From a virus, in IMG/VR virus record IMGVR_UViG_2718217965_000001: a stretch of 64,000 nt of DNA, one strand, 5' to 3'. Made by a program: the position numbers and the translations under genes. Numbering within the stretch: the stretch's first letter is position 1; each line of letters starts with the position of its first letter. Shown piece after piece: positions 15,859-26,339 of the stretch. The notes beneath the pieces are model-generated. The model did no database searches and had not been told where the DNA came from. It worked only from the letters and a program-made list of their open reading frames with translations.

Positions 15859-16060
15859 GCTTTCCGGCGATACGACAGGGGTATTCGCGAGATGCATTGC
15901 ATCAGTACCCCTGTCACATCGTCGTAGAGCGACACCAACAACTCCTAAGCCTCGGTACTCGCCGGGGCTTTTTCGTATCTGCAATCCGGTCAGGGCTCTT
16001 GGGTAGAGACGTGCTGCACGACACGTTAAAGCCCTTCCGCGCAGAGCCCTGAACCAGATT

Positions 16061-16135
16061 GCATCTGTCGTAGTTTGGTAATTACGTCTGGCTTCCAACC
16101 AGAATATGCGGGTTCGATCCCCGCCAGATGCTCCA
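16061..16135 (+). tRNA. tRNA-Gly (anticodon TCC)
   Basis: Acceptor GCATCTG/CAGATGC + T + CCA; anticodon arm TCTGG-CTTCCAA-CCAGA; T arm GCGGG-TTCGATC-CCCGC. Confidence 0.9.
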
Positions 16136-16194
16136 ATCCCTCTACCTTGGGACCATTACGGCTACCGCCGTCGCTTTTACCCTTGGTATTACTT

Positions 16195-16215
16195 CCCGCC
16201 TTGAGCGGGTTTTTT
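16195..16215 (+). terminator. Rho-independent terminator before the holin
   Basis: CCCGC-CTTGA-GCGGG followed by a T run. Confidence 0.65.
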
Positions 16216-16339
16216 ATTGAGCATGCCCAGACCCTCGGGAATCATCCCCGACGTGCCTTGTTGATAAATCAGCCCGCAGGGTCTGGGCCTCTTTTCCCCT
16301 TTACGCACAGCGCCATCCGTCATCAACGGAGGTGAGGTT

Positions 16340-16609
16340 ATGACAAAAATGAGCACCATTTACAGCAGACTTTCATACGGCACCGGGACCGCACTGACGG
16401 GCTGCGGTGTCTCAACAAAGGCGTATGCCGGGGCAGTTAAGGCAGAGGTATGGATTTTGGCCGACAAAATAGCGGGGATGACCCTGAGTGACTGGGCAAT
16501 TATTGTCGGTATCGCCTGCACCATTACCACCTGTGGGGTGAACTGGTACTACCGGCGGAAAGAACGCGAGGATCGGCTCAATGGCTATGACACCAAAACT
16601 GAGGAATAG
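16340..16609 (+). CDS. Class II holin/pinholin with dual start
   Basis: M-T-K-M dual start; W.IIVGI...VNWYY. Confidence 0.85.
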   Translation: MTKMSTIYSRLSYGTGTALTGCGVSTKAYAGAVKAEVWILADKIAGMTLSDWAIIVGIACTITTCGVNWYYRRKEREDRLNGYDTKTEE

Positions 16610-17087
16610 CGTTATCGCTGCCGTCGGCGGTGGCGCCATAGCCATTGCTTCTGCGCTCATCACTGGGCCAACTGGTAATGATGGTCTTGAAGGTGTGCGA
16701 TACAACCCTTATCAGGATGTGGTAGGCGTCTGGACTGTCTGCTATGGCCATACTGGCAAAGACATCATGCTCGGCAAGAAGTACACCGAGGCTGAATGCC
16801 GTGCGCTGCTCAGTAAAGACCTGAACACCGTCGCCCGCCAGATTAACCCTTACATCCAGAAGCCGATCCCCGAGACAATGCGCGGGGCTCTTTACTCGTT
16901 CGCCTATAACGTCGGCGCTGGCAATTTCCAGACCTCCACGCTGCTGCGCAAAATCAACCAGGGCGACCAGAAAGGTGCATGTGATCAGCTGCGCCGCTGG
17001 ACTTACGCCAAGGGCAAACAGTGGAAAGGCCTGGTAACTCGTCGCGAGATTGAGCGCGAAGTTTGTTACATGGAGGTGGCAAAGTGA
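16581..17087 (+). CDS. SAR endolysin (phage 21 R-like lysozyme)
   Basis: Gly/Ala-rich SAR segment; EG...Y.D..GVWT.CYGHT. Confidence 0.93.
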   Translation: MAMTPKLRNSVIAAVGGGAIAIASALITGPTGNDGLEGVRYNPYQDVVGVWTVCYGHTGKDIMLGKKYTEAECRALLSKDLNTVARQINPYIQKPIPETMRGALYSFAYNVGAGNFQTSTLLRKINQGDQKGACDQLRRWTYAKGKQWKGLVTRREIEREVCYMEVAK

Positions 17088-17575
17088 TTGATTTTCATGT
17101 CGCTTCATCGTTTCTAAGTTACTCGCCAGAGGATGGACAACTACGCTGGAAGTTGAACTCAAATAATACCTTTGAAGGGATGGTGGCTGGTTGCGGTGAT
17201 GGAAAGGGCTATGTGCTGATTGGATTAGGAGGAGTCAAGTACAAGGCACATAGACTGGCGTGGCTGCTAAGTTTCGGTGAATGGCCGCCAGGACCTATCG
17301 ATCACATAAACGGCATAAAGTCCGACAACCGGCTATCGAATCTTCGGGTGGCGAGCACATTGCAAAACAACAGAAATTCGCGGTCAAAGGGCGGCGCCTC
17401 TTCATTTAAAGGGGTTGATTTTCACAAGGCGGCTTCAAAGTGGCGAGCGCGAATAAGAGTTGATGGCAAAAGAATTAACATAGGCTATTTCTCATCCGAG
17501 AGGCAGGCTGCTTTTGCATATGATTTTTATGCGCTTCACTATCATGGGGAATTTGCGAAATTAAATTTCGCTTGA
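17084..17575 (+). CDS. HNH-AP2 homing endonuclease
   Basis: AHRLAW...IDHING..SDNR..NLR, then FKGV...KWRARI...G.F....AA.AY. Confidence 0.9.
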   Translation: MIDFHVASSFLSYSPEDGQLRWKLNSNNTFEGMVAGCGDGKGYVLIGLGGVKYKAHRLAWLLSFGEWPPGPIDHINGIKSDNRLSNLRVASTLQNNRNSRSKGGASSFKGVDFHKAASKWRARIRVDGKRINIGYFSSERQAAFAYDFYALHYHGEFAKLNFA

Positions 17576-17584
17576 GGACCGGAA

Positions 17585-17680
17585 ATGAGCATGATTTGTT
17601 TCTTTATTTCTGCGCTCCTTGCCTTCAATGGGAATGACGCGTGGCCGTGGTTTCTGGCTGTCGGGGTAATCATGTCATGA
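17585..17680 (+). CDS. 31-aa hydrophobic peptide
   Basis: GAGG RBS; MSMICFFISALLAFNGNDAWPWFLAVGVIMS; ATGA-coupled to Rz. Confidence 0.5.
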   Translation: MSMICFFISALLAFNGNDAWPWFLAVGVIMS

Positions 17681-18027
17681 GCCGATTAACCGCAATCATC
17701 AGCGCTGTAGTCATCCTGCTGCTTTCCTGCTTTTTCTCGTGGCGTTCTGGCTGGAATTCTCACGCTGACCATATCAACGCCCTGGCGGCGAAGAAAAAAG
17801 AGAAGGCCGAAAAGGTTATCCAGCCTGTAGAGCAAAAGGCCGCTGCCGCCTCAGAAGAGGGCAAGGTCATCTACAAAACCATAACCCGCGACGTGGTGAA
17901 ATATGTCCAGTCTCCGAATCGTACTGTGTGCAGGTTTGACGATGATGCTGTGCAGCTGCGCCAACGGGCCATCGACGCTGCCAACTCCATCCCCGGATTT
18001 GATGAACCCGCCGTGCAAAGCAAGTGA
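17677..18027 (+). CDS. i-spanin (Rz-like)
   Basis: N-terminal TM then helical periplasmic region; follows the endolysin. Confidence 0.75.
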   Translation: MSRLTAIISAVVILLLSCFFSWRSGWNSHADHINALAAKKKEKAEKVIQPVEQKAAAASEEGKVIYKTITRDVVKYVQSPNRTVCRFDDDAVQLRQRAIDAANSIPGFDEPAVQSK

Positions 18028-18145
18028 CGCAGGGAAGGATACCGACGAAGACCTGCAGTCAGATGTCGAAACAGCTCAATGTCTGCGCCAACTGCGGTTA
18101 GATAAATACCGTTGGCAGGCCTACTACCGTGCAGTGAGTCAGTAG
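17903..18145 (+). CDS. o-spanin lipoprotein (Rz1-like)
   Basis: Overlaps Rz in another frame; lipobox-like LCSC then a Pro-rich segment. Confidence 0.7.
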   Translation: MSSLRIVLCAGLTMMLCSCANGPSTLPTPSPDLMNPPCKASDAGKDTDEDLQSDVETAQCLRQLRLDKYRWQAYYRAVSQ

Positions 18146-18437
18146 CGGGGCTACATTGCCGTTCCTGCATGGCGAGGTCGGCGTGATAAAAAACCCCGAA
18201 GAGGATATCCAAAAGTAAACGGGGCGCTGAATGAACAGCTAATGACTAAACAATACATCGTGTATCTAAATATGTTTAATCATTTCGCAACCCGGACCAT
18301 ATTGCGGAGGAGTACACCTGTGTTTTGGCGTAGGACTGCTATCGGCGCTGGGGAAGTGCAACCGGGATAAGGCCGATATCAGGCAAGCAGAGAAACAGCG
18401 AGCCTCGCAATAGCGGGGCTTTTTTATTGGAGGCCAT

Positions 18438-18671
18438 ATGCGCCTGACAGTTCTCGACGACGATCCGGGTGAACGCATCGAACCCGGTCGCGAGCGTATC
18501 ACGGTATACCTTGATGGTGTTGAGGTGAAGCACGTCTTCTCGGCTGATAGCGATAAAGGCGAAGTGATTGCCGCTGTGCTTGATAGCCGAGGTTACCCCA
18601 CTGCCGAAAACGGCGAGGTTAAGTGCGAGACCCTGTTCGGTCATGTGAGGATAGAGCGATGCCCGCGCTGA
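18438..18671 (+). CDS. Hypothetical protein
   Basis: GGAGG RBS just after a terminator hairpin at 18401-18425. Confidence 0.7.
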   Translation: MRLTVLDDDPGERIEPGRERITVYLDGVEVKHVFSADSDKGEVIAAVLDSRGYPTAENGEVKCETLFGHVRIERCPR

Positions 18672-19009
18672 TACCTCGTGCTTGCCGCAAGCATGGATGC
18701 CCTGGTACAACCACGGACCGCTCAGGCTACTGCGAAAAGCATCGCAATGAAGGCTGGAAACAGCATCAACAGGGAAAGAGTCGACACGAGCGTGGCTATG
18801 GTAGCCAATGGGATATCAGACGTGCGCGCATCCTAAAGCGTGACAATCATCTTTGTCAAAACTGCCTGCGCCGCAAGCTTGCTGTCCCCGCCACAACCGT
18901 TGACCACATCAAGGCTAAGGCTCATGGGGGTACCGATGACGATTCGAACCTCGAAAGCCTGTGCTGGCCCTGCCATCGAACGAAAACCGGGCGTGAACGC
19001 CTCAAATGA
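18659..19009 (+). CDS. Terminase-associated HNH endonuclease (HK97 gp74-like)
   Basis: RGY...W...R..IL.RD..LC..C...VDHI...GG.D...NL..LC..CH. Confidence 0.92.
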   Translation: MPALIPRACRKHGCPGTTTDRSGYCEKHRNEGWKQHQQGKSRHERGYGSQWDIRRARILKRDNHLCQNCLRRKLAVPATTVDHIKAKAHGGTDDDSNLESLCWPCHRTKTGRERLK

Positions 19010-19027
19010 TATCTATTATCATCTTGG

Positions 19028-19060
19028 CAGGGGCAGAGGGGGCGGGGTCAAATCCCTGAC
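19028..19060 (+). other. Probable cos site
   Basis: G-rich GGGGCAGAGGGGGCGGGGTCAAA between HNH and terS; exact nick positions not determinable. Confidence 0.5.
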
Positions 19061-19138
19061 GGCAAAGGCCAAAAGGACCGCCGCCTCAGTCAATTTTTTA
19101 TATCCGCGAAAAATGAAATTTAACCAGGAGTAACGCTT

Positions 19139-19633
19139 ATGGCTGGAACGGCGGGGCGTTCCGGGCGTAGACCAAAGCCAACGGCGCGCAAGGAGCTGGC
19201 CGGAAACCCCGGCAAGCGAGCCCTGAATAAAGAAGAACCAGTATTCACCCCCATCAATGGCGTAGCACCTCCGGACTGGTTTGCAGAAGAGGAACTCCCG
19301 TTAGCATCCATCATGTGGGAGCTGACGACCAAAGAATTATGCGGACAGGGCTTGCTCTGCGTGACCGATCTTGCAGTACTGGAGCGCTGGTGCGTTGCCT
19401 ATGAGTTCTGGCGCAGGGCGGTAAAAAATATAGCTGTTGATGGTTTATCCATCACTGGCGCAATGGGCGGGAAAATTAAAAACCCTGAACTTACGGCTAA
19501 AAAAGAACAGGAATCGGAAATGAGTTCTACCGGTTCAATGTTGGGGCTGGACCCCAGCAGCCGACAGCGCCTGGTCGGTCTGGCCGGGAAGAAAAAGAAC
19601 GAAAACCCATTCCTGAAGATGATCACGCCATGA
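19139..19633 (+). CDS. terS: Terminase small subunit (P27 family)
   Basis: GRRPKPT...[14 protein letters not shown]. Confidence 0.92.
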   Translation: MAGTAGRSGRRPKPTARKELAGNPGKRALNKEEPVFTPINGVAPPDWFAEEELPLASIMWELTTKELCGQGLLCVTDLAVLERWCVAYEFWRRAVKNIAVDGLSITGAMGGKIKNPELTAKKEQESEMSSTGSMLGLDPSSRQRLVGLAGKKKNENPFLKMITP

Positions 19634-21360
19634 GCCGAAAAGCCTATCCAAACGTTAACGCTGCAAATCAGTACGCAAGGCATGTTGTCGCCGGAAAGAT
19701 TCCGGCATGCCAGTATGTCATTGATGCCTGCCAGCGACATATCGACGATTTGTCAAAATCGCAGGGAAAGAAATTTCGATACCGCTTTGATAAAGACCTT
19801 GCTGAGCGTGCCGCACGGTTTATTCAACTTCTCCCGCACACCAAAGGTGAATGGGCATTTAAAAGGATGCCTATTACCCTTGAACCTTGGCAATTATTTA
19901 TTATTTGCTGCGCTTTTGGATGGGTGCATAAAGGCAGCAGGCTGCGCCGATTCAGAGAGGTCTATACAGAAATCCCCAGGAAAAACGGGAAGTCAGCGAT
20001 AAGCGCCGGTGTGGCGCTTTTTTGTTTCACCTGTGATGGTGAATTTGGTGCGGAGGTGTATTCCGGTGCAACCACTGAAAAGCAGGCATGGGAAGTATTT
20101 CGACCTGCGCGGCTGATGTGCAAACGCACGCCACTACTCGTTGAAGCCTTTGGAATAGAGGTTAACGCCAAGAACCTTAGCCGTCCTGAAGATGGCGCCA
20201 GATTTGAACCGCTGATCGGTAATCCTGGTGACGGGCAGTCACCGCATTGCGCTATTGTTGATGAATATCACGAGCACGAAAGCGATGCGCTGTATACCAC
20301 AATGATCACCGGCATGGGGGCCCGCAGACAGCCGATTATGTGGGCTATAACCACTGCTGGTTATAACATTGAGGGGCCTTGCTACGATAAGCGTCGTGAA
20401 GTTATCGAAATGCTGAACGGAACCGTGCCGAATGATGAGCTTTTTGGCGTCATTTACACCGTTGATGAGGGTGATGACTGGACTGATCCCGCTGTTCTTC
20501 ACAAAGCCAATCCCAATATGGGGGTGTCGGTTTACTCTGATTTCCTCTTAAGCCAGCAAAGCAGGGCCAAAAATAATCCCCGCATGGCCGGGATATTCAA
20601 AACGAAACACCTGAATATCTGGGTCGCGGCACGTGCTGCTTATTTCAACCTGTTAAGCTGGCGAAAATGTGAGGATGAGACGCTCACTATTGAGCAGTTT
20701 GAAGGACAGCCCTGCATTCTGTCTTTTGACCTTGCGCGCAAGCTGGATATGAACTCTAAGGTTCGGCTATTTACCCGTGAAATAGATGGGAAACGGCATT
20801 ATTACTGTATATCTCCGCGCTTCTATGTTCCGTATGACACCGTATACAGCAACGATGTTGACGATCACCGCACCGCTGAGCGTTACCGTAAATGGGGTGA
20901 AGCAGGATATATCACCGTGACTGATGGTGCGGAAATTGATTACCGAGTAATACTTGAAGATGCCAAGCGTGATAATCAGCAAACTCCTGTTGAACAAAGC
21001 CCAATTGACCCGCACGGTGCAACAAACCTTTCTCATCAGCTTGCTGATGAACAGCTCAACCCTATAACCATTATCCAGAACTACACCAACATGTCTGACC
21101 CGATGAAAGAGCTTGAGGCCGCTGTAGAGTCCGGTCGATTTCATCATGACGGTAATCCGATAATGACCTGGTGTATTTCAAACGTGGTGGGTAAGCACCT
21201 GCCTGGAAATGATGATGTTGTTCGGCCAATTAAAGAGCAAAACGAAAATAAAATAGATGGGGCTGTTGCTCTGATTATGGCGATTGGACGGGCAATGTTA
21301 TTTGAAAAGGAAGAAACCCTTTCAAATCATCTTGAAAGCTATGGCGTGCGCTCACTTTAA
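19630..21360 (+). CDS. terL: Terminase large subunit
   Basis: PRKNGKS Walker A, IVDEYH Walker B, KIDG. Confidence 0.96.
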   Translation: MSRKAYPNVNAANQYARHVVAGKIPACQYVIDACQRHIDDLSKSQGKKFRYRFDKDLAERAARFIQLLPHTKGEWAFKRMPITLEPWQLFIICCAFGWVHKGSRLRRFREVYTEIPRKNGKSAISAGVALFCFTCDGEFGAEVYSGATTEKQAWEVFRPARLMCKRTPLLVEAFGIEVNAKNLSRPEDGARFEPLIGNPGDGQSPHCAIVDEYHEHESDALYTTMITGMGARRQPIMWAITTAGYNIEGPCYDKRREVIEMLNGTVPNDELFGVIYTVDEGDDWTDPAVLHKANPNMGVSVYSDFLLSQQSRAKNNPRMAGIFKTKHLNIWVAARAAYFNLLSWRKCEDETLTIEQFEGQPCILSFDLARKLDMNSKVRLFTREIDGKRHYYCISPRFYVPYDTVYSNDVDDHRTAERYRKWGEAGYITVTDGAEIDYRVILEDAKRDNQQTPVEQSPIDPHGATNLSHQLADEQLNPITIIQNYTNMSDPMKELEAAVESGRFHHDGNPIMTWCISNVVGKHLPGNDDVVRPIKEQNENKIDGAVALIMAIGRAMLFEKEETLSNHLESYGVRSL

Positions 21361-21369
21361 GAGGCAATT

Positions 21370-21555
21370 ATGATCCTGATGATACTCGCGCCACTTGTTG
21401 GTGTGCTGGGGGCTATTCTGCTCTCATTCGGTGCCTGGGTTATTTACCCCCCTGCTGGCTACATTACTGGCGGTATTCTGTGCCTGCTCTGGTCATGGCT
21501 TGTATCCCGCTCCCTTTCCGGTAACTGGAAAATTGAATCCGGGGAGGGTGGCTAA
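21370..21555 (+). CDS. Small two-TM protein
   Basis: 61 aa between terL and portal; GAGG RBS. Confidence 0.75.
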   Translation: MILMILAPLVGVLGAILLSFGAWVIYPPAGYITGGILCLLWSWLVSRSLSGNWKIESGEGG

Positions 21556-22784
21556 TGTTTTTCCCCGGATTGTTTACGAAAAGCACCGCATCGGTCACGA
21601 CGCCAGCGGAACTGGCGGAAGCTGTAGGGATGACTTACGACACCTACACTGGAAAGCGCGTTAGCAGCCAGAAAGCGATGCGACTTACAGCAGTCTTTGG
21701 TTGCATAAGAGTTCTGGCTGAGTCAATGGGCATGCTGCCCTGTAACCTGTACAAGGTCACTGGTAACAGTAAGCAAAAAGCGACATCTGAAAGGCTGCAC
21801 AAATTACTGACGATGAAGCCAAATGACTATATGACCCCCCAGGAGTTCTGGGAGCTGGTCATTGTGTGTCTTTGCCTGCGCGGTAATTTTTATGCCTACA
21901 AGGTCAAAGCGCTGGGTGAGGTGGTCGAGCTTTTACCCATTGATCCGGGCTGCGTTGACCCTAAGCTTAACAGTCAGTGGCAACCGGTATATCAGGTCAC
22001 GTTCCCTGATGGTTCTACGGATGTGCTGGGCCAGGATGATATCTGGCACGTCAGGACGTTGACCTTTGACGGGCTGGTGGGCCTGAACCCAATCGCATAC
22101 GCAAGGGAGGCCATTTCTTTGGGTATGGCGACAGAAGAACACGGCGCCCGATTGTTCGCAAATGGCGCGGTCACTTCTGGCGTTCTCCGTACTGAGCAAA
22201 CGCTGACTGATGCAGCCTATGAACGGCTGAGAAAAGATTTTGAAGATCGCCACCTTGGGCTCAGCAATGCGCATCGTCCGATGATTCTTGAAATGGGTCT
22301 TGACTGGAAGTCGATGGGACTCAACGCCGAAGACAGCCAGTTTCTTGAGACCAGAAAATTTCAGCTGGAGGAAGTCTGCCGCCTGTACAGGGTGCCGATG
22401 CATATGGTGCAGAACACTGACCGCGCCACCTTCAACAATATTGAAAACCTTGGCATTGGCTTCATCAACTATTCACTCGTTCCGTACATGACCCGTATTG
22501 AGCAGCGAATCAACGTGGGGCTGGTGAAGGAATCGAAGCAGGGCACCTATTATGCCAAGTTTAATGCCGGTGCTTTGCTGCGTGGGGATATGAAATCAAG
22601 ATTTGAATCGTATTCAACCGGTATTAACTGGGGCATTTACTCACCAAATGACTGCCGTGAACTGGAGGATATGAACCCACGCTCTGGCGGTGACGTTTAT
22701 CTGACGCCGATGAATATGACGACCAAACCGTCTGACAGCAATAAGAGCAAAACAACCGAGGAACAACATGATGCCGATGACTAA
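21555..22784 (+). CDS. Portal protein (HK97 family)
   Basis: 409 aa; GNFY, GLNPI, QFLETRKF. Confidence 0.95.
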   Translation: MFFPGLFTKSTASVTTPAELAEAVGMTYDTYTGKRVSSQKAMRLTAVFGCIRVLAESMGMLPCNLYKVTGNSKQKATSERLHKLLTMKPNDYMTPQEFWELVIVCLCLRGNFYAYKVKALGEVVELLPIDPGCVDPKLNSQWQPVYQVTFPDGSTDVLGQDDIWHVRTLTFDGLVGLNPIAYAREAISLGMATEEHGARLFANGAVTSGVLRTEQTLTDAAYERLRKDFEDRHLGLSNAHRPMILEMGLDWKSMGLNAEDSQFLETRKFQLEEVCRLYRVPMHMVQNTDRATFNNIENLGIGFINYSLVPYMTRIEQRINVGLVKESKQGTYYAKFNAGALLRGDMKSRFESYSTGINWGIYSPNDCRELEDMNPRSGGDVYLTPMNMTTKPSDSNKSKTTEEQHDADD

Positions 22785-23424
22785 ACAGCGGCTGGATATT
22801 CCGCTGAAGCTAAAGTCTGTCAGCGACAGCGGGGAATTTGAGGGCTATGGCTCTGTGTTTGGCGTTAAGGACAGTTACGACGATGTAGTTGTTCCCGGCG
22901 CTTTCAGTAAATCGCTTCAGTCATGGCGGGAGAAAAACGCGCTGCCAGCTATGCTCTGGCAGCATCAGATGGATGAACCTATCGGTGTTTATACCGAAAT
23001 GAAAGAGGATGACGTCGGCTTATATGTCAAAGGCCGGTTACTCATTGATGATGATCCTCTTTCAAAGCGAGCGCATGCCCACATGAAGGCCGGTTCTTTA
23101 ACCGGCCTTTCTATTGGTTACATGCTCAAAGACTGGGAATACGACCGTGAGAAAGGCGTGTTTCTCCTAAAGGAAATCGACCTTTGGGAGGTCAGTCCCG
23201 TAACGTTTCCGTCGAATGACGAGGCGCGGGTCAGCGATGTTAAAAGCGCGCTTGCCCGTGGCGAAACACCATCCCAGAAAAGTATTGAACGGGTCCTGCG
23301 CGATGTTGGGCTCTCCCGCACCCAGGCCAAAGCATTCATGGCCGGGGGCTATGGCAACCTCTCTCAGCGTGACGCTGATGGTGTGGATGCCGCACTGGAT
23401 GCACTGAAAAACATCAAATTTTAA
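22768..23424 (+). CDS. Prohead protease (HK97 family)
   Basis: FEGYGSVF, MLWQH, GLSIGY, EVSPVTFP. Confidence 0.95.
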   Translation: MMPMTKQRLDIPLKLKSVSDSGEFEGYGSVFGVKDSYDDVVVPGAFSKSLQSWREKNALPAMLWQHQMDEPIGVYTEMKEDDVGLYVKGRLLIDDDPLSKRAHAHMKAGSLTGLSIGYMLKDWEYDREKGVFLLKEIDLWEVSPVTFPSNDEARVSDVKSALARGETPSQKSIERVLRDVGLSRTQAKAFMAGGYGNLSQRDADGVDAALDALKNIKF

Positions 23425-23438
23425 TCAGGAGTTGAATT

Positions 23439-24647
23439 ATGGCAGTCGAAATTAAAGACGTTGAGCAGGTCGCGCAGGATTTGCAGCAAAAATTCGATGA
23501 TTTTAAAGCGAAAAATGATAAGCGCATTGAAGCTATCGAAGCTGAAAAAGGCAAGCTGGCCGGAGAAGTTGAAACACTTAACGGCAAGCTGACCGAGCTG
23601 GATCAGCTTAAAACCGCGCTGGAGGATGAGCTTAAACAGGTTAAACGTCCAGCTGGTGGCACTCAAAGCAAGGCCGCAACCGAGCACAAAACCGCTTTCA
23701 TCGACTTTATGCGCAAGGGTAAGGATGACGGATTGCGTGATCTGGAGCGTAAAGCCATGCAGGTTGGCGTGGATGAAGACGGCGGATATGCTGTCCCGGA
23801 AGAGCTGGACCGCACCATTCTTAATCTTCTGAAAGATGAAGTAGTGATGCGCCAGGAGGCCACAACTATCACTGTTGGCGGTGCCAACTATAAAAAGCTG
23901 GTTAACCTTGGCGGCACCGCTTCCGGCTGGGTCGGTGAAACCGATCCCCGTCCGGCTACTGATGCGTCTAAACTCGGTCAGATTGAACCGTTCATGGGTG
24001 AAATCTACGGAAACCCTCAGGCAACCCAAACGATGCTGGATGATGCCTTCTTCAATGTAGAGGACTGGATCAACAGCGAACTGGCGGTTGAGTTCTCCGA
24101 ACAGGAAGAAATCGCTTTTACCAGCGGTAACGGTACGAAAAAACCGAAAGGCTTCCTGGCCTACGCCTCCACTCTGGAGGACGATAAAACCCGTGCCTTT
24201 GGCACGCTGCAGCACATTCTTTCCGGTGCGGCGGCGGGTGTGACTGCCGATGCGATTATCAAACTGGTCTACACCCTGCGCAAGGTTCATCGCAACGGTG
24301 CTAAATTCATGATGAACAACAACAGCCTGTTTGCCGTTCGCATTCTGAAGGACTCCGAGGGTAACTATCTCTGGCGTCCGGGCCTTGAGCTGGGCCAACC
24401 CTCTTCTCTGGCAGGTTATGGTGTTGCTGAGAATGAGCAAATGCCGGATATCGCAGCAGATGCGAAAGCCATTGCGTTCGGTAACTTTAAACGTGGCTAT
24501 ACCATCGTTGATCGTATTGGTACCCGCATCCTCCGCGATCCGTACACCAACAAACCATTCGTTGGTTTCTACACCACCAAACGTACCGGCGGAATGCTTG
24601 CCGATTCTCAGGCCATCAAACTGCTGCAGATCGGTGCTGGCGCATAA
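23439..24647 (+). CDS. Major capsid protein (HK97 fold)
   Basis: N-terminal coiled-coil delta domain; DGGYAVPE; FGNF. Confidence 0.96.
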   Translation: MAVEIKDVEQVAQDLQQKFDDFKAKNDKRIEAIEAEKGKLAGEVETLNGKLTELDQLKTALEDELKQVKRPAGGTQSKAATEHKTAFIDFMRKGKDDGLRDLERKAMQVGVDEDGGYAVPEELDRTILNLLKDEVVMRQEATTITVGGANYKKLVNLGGTASGWVGETDPRPATDASKLGQIEPFMGEIYGNPQATQTMLDDAFFNVEDWINSELAVEFSEQEEIAFTSGNGTKKPKGFLAYASTLEDDKTRAFGTLQHILSGAAAGVTADAIIKLVYTLRKVHRNGAKFMMNNNSLFAVRILKDSEGNYLWRPGLELGQPSSLAGYGVAENEQMPDIAADAKAIAFGNFKRGYTIVDRIGTRILRDPYTNKPFVGFYTTKRTGGMLADSQAIKLLQIGAGA

Positions 24648-24673
24648 TCTGATGGGGCTTCGGCCCCATTCTT

Positions 24674-24889
24674 ATGGAGGTCATTATGCTGCTGAAAAAA
24701 GACCTGAAATGGTCACCTGATGGCATTCAGATCATAAACATTCCCGCCGGTGAATATAAGGCTGGATCACTTCCTGAGCGCGCTCTTGAGGTTGCTGCTC
24801 AAATGGGGATTCTTGACGGCACTGAACAACCGGAAACTGAAACAACTGTTAAGCCTAAAGTCGGTAATAAGCGGGGTGAAGGCAAATGA
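24674..24889 (+). CDS. Small head-associated hypothetical protein
   Basis: Follows the capsid gene; GGAGG RBS suggests a start at 24686. Confidence 0.65.
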   Translation: MEVIMLLKKDLKWSPDGIQIINIPAGEYKAGSLPERALEVAAQMGILDGTEQPETETTVKPKVGNKRGEGK

Positions 24890-25206
24890 AGCCCTCTGTA
24901 AATGAGCTTCGTTACCAGTGCCGTATCGACAGCGATGACGATACAGAGGATGTGATGTTAACTCTCTACCTCAATGCCTCCTTAAAGCACGCTGAAAAAA
25001 TCACAAATTGCCGTCTTTATGATAACGCTGTTCCAGACGACGACCCTGACGGGTTGGTAATCGAGGACGATATCAAACTGGCCCTGATGCTGTTGGTTTC
25101 GCACTGGTATGAAAACCGGGAGCCTGTTAGTAGCGACAGCGTTAACTCTATTCCGTTCGGTGTTGATGCAATTCTGAAACAGCATCGCAAAATTCCTGGG
25201 ACTTGA
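24886..25206 (+). CDS. Head-tail connector (gp6-like)
   Basis: A.MLLVSHWYENRE. Confidence 0.9.
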   Translation: MKPSVNELRYQCRIDSDDDTEDVMLTLYLNASLKHAEKITNCRLYDNAVPDDDPDGLVIEDDIKLALMLLVSHWYENREPVSSDSVNSIPFGVDAILKQHRKIPGT

Positions 25207-25275
25207 GGTTACAAATGGCCTGTGAAGGGTGCCGCCGTCGGCGTGAATGGTTAAAAAAGTGGTCGAAAATAGCCT

Positions 25276-25473
25276 ATGAACGAGCAACTGGTAAACGCGC
25301 TGATAGCAGCGCTGAGAGAACAAACAGCAGCACAGCGAGAGCAGACGGAAGCGATAAACCGCCTGGCTGAGTCTAACGTCGCCCTGTCCGATGTGATTAT
25401 CCAGTCGCTTGCCGGCGATCTCGAAGAGGCGCCAGAGCAGCAAACCTATCTGAGTGGGAAACCAAGGGGGTGA
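25276..25473 (+). CDS. Hypothetical coiled-coil protein
   Basis: 65 aa between connector and head-closure genes. Confidence 0.55.
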   Translation: MNEQLVNALIAALREQTAAQREQTEAINRLAESNVALSDVIIQSLAGDLEEAPEQQTYLSGKPRG

Positions 25474-25474
25474 T

Positions 25475-25807
25475 ATGCAGGCCGGAAAATTGCGTCACAG
25501 GATCACACTGCAGGAACCGGTCAAAGAACAGAACCCGACAACGGGAGCCGTGATTAATACCTGGCGCGATGTCGCAACCCTTTGGGCCGAAGTCGCTGCT
25601 TTATCCGCACGTGAGTTTATTGCGGCCCAGGCTTCTCAGGGCGAGGTTACCACCCGAATAACGATTCGTTACCGTGAGGGCGTCACCCGGAAACATCGGA
25701 TCCTGTTTCGTGACCGCATCTACAACATTGAGGGCGTTTTACCTGACCCCCGGAGCGGCAGGGAATACCTGACACTACCTTGTTCAGAGGGGGCTAACGA
25801 TGGCTGA
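25475..25807 (+). CDS. Head closure / head-tail adaptor
   Basis: MQAGKLRHRITLQ; ITIRYR. Confidence 0.9.
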   Translation: MQAGKLRHRITLQEPVKEQNPTTGAVINTWRDVATLWAEVAALSAREFIAAQASQGEVTTRITIRYREGVTRKHRILFRDRIYNIEGVLPDPRSGREYLTLPCSEGANDG

Positions 25808-26339
25808 TGGCGTAGAAGTAAACCTGACTGGCCTCGATTCCGTCCTGGGGAAACTGGATGCCGTCTCACAGGTTACTCGCGATAAATCCGGTCGTGCAGC
25901 ACTGCGTAAAGCGGCAAACGTCATCAGGGACAGAGCGCGCAATAATGCCGCGAGGGTAGATGATCCTCTCACCAAAGAGGCTATCTACAAAAACATTGTG
26001 GTCAGCTTCAGCAGCAAGGCGTTTCGCAGAACCGGCGATCCAACGTTTCGTGTCGGGGTGATGGGCGGCGCCAGGCAATACGCCAATACAAAGGCCAACG
26101 TCCGAAAAGGCAGGGCGGGTAAAAGTTATAACACTGCCGGAGATAAAGGTAATCCCGGCGGGGATACCTGGTACTGGCGATTCCTGGAGTTCGGCACAGA
26201 GCACGCAGCAGCAAAGCCTGTTTTGCGACCGGCGATCAATGGTGTTGATACCGACGTAATTAATATTTTCGCAGCGGAGCTGGAAAAGTCCATTGATCGC
26301 GCTGTGCGACGGGCGGCTAAAAAAGGAACTCCGGTATGA
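25800..26339 (+). CDS. HK97 gp10-like tail component
   Basis: YWRFLEFGT...KPVLRPA. Confidence 0.9.
   Translation: MADGVEVNLTGLDSVLGKLDAVSQVTRDKSGRAALRKAANVIRDRARNNAARVDDPLTKEAIYKNIVVSFSSKAFRRTGDPTFRVGVMGGARQYANTKANVRKGRAGKSYNTAGDKGNPGGDTWYWRFLEFGTEHAAAKPVLRPAINGVDTDVINIFAAELEKSIDRAVRRAAKKGTPV

Noticed and set aside
18146..18430. Gene or sRNA between the spanins and 18438
   Set aside because: Only terminator-like hairpins and weak ORFs; nothing supportable.
23421..24440. 339-aa minus-strand ORF
   Set aside because: Shadow of the major capsid gene.
25250..25262. A AAA AAG as a -1 frameshift joining the overlapping ORFs
   Set aside because: The -1 frame stops within a few codons and the downstream ORF is in the +1 frame.
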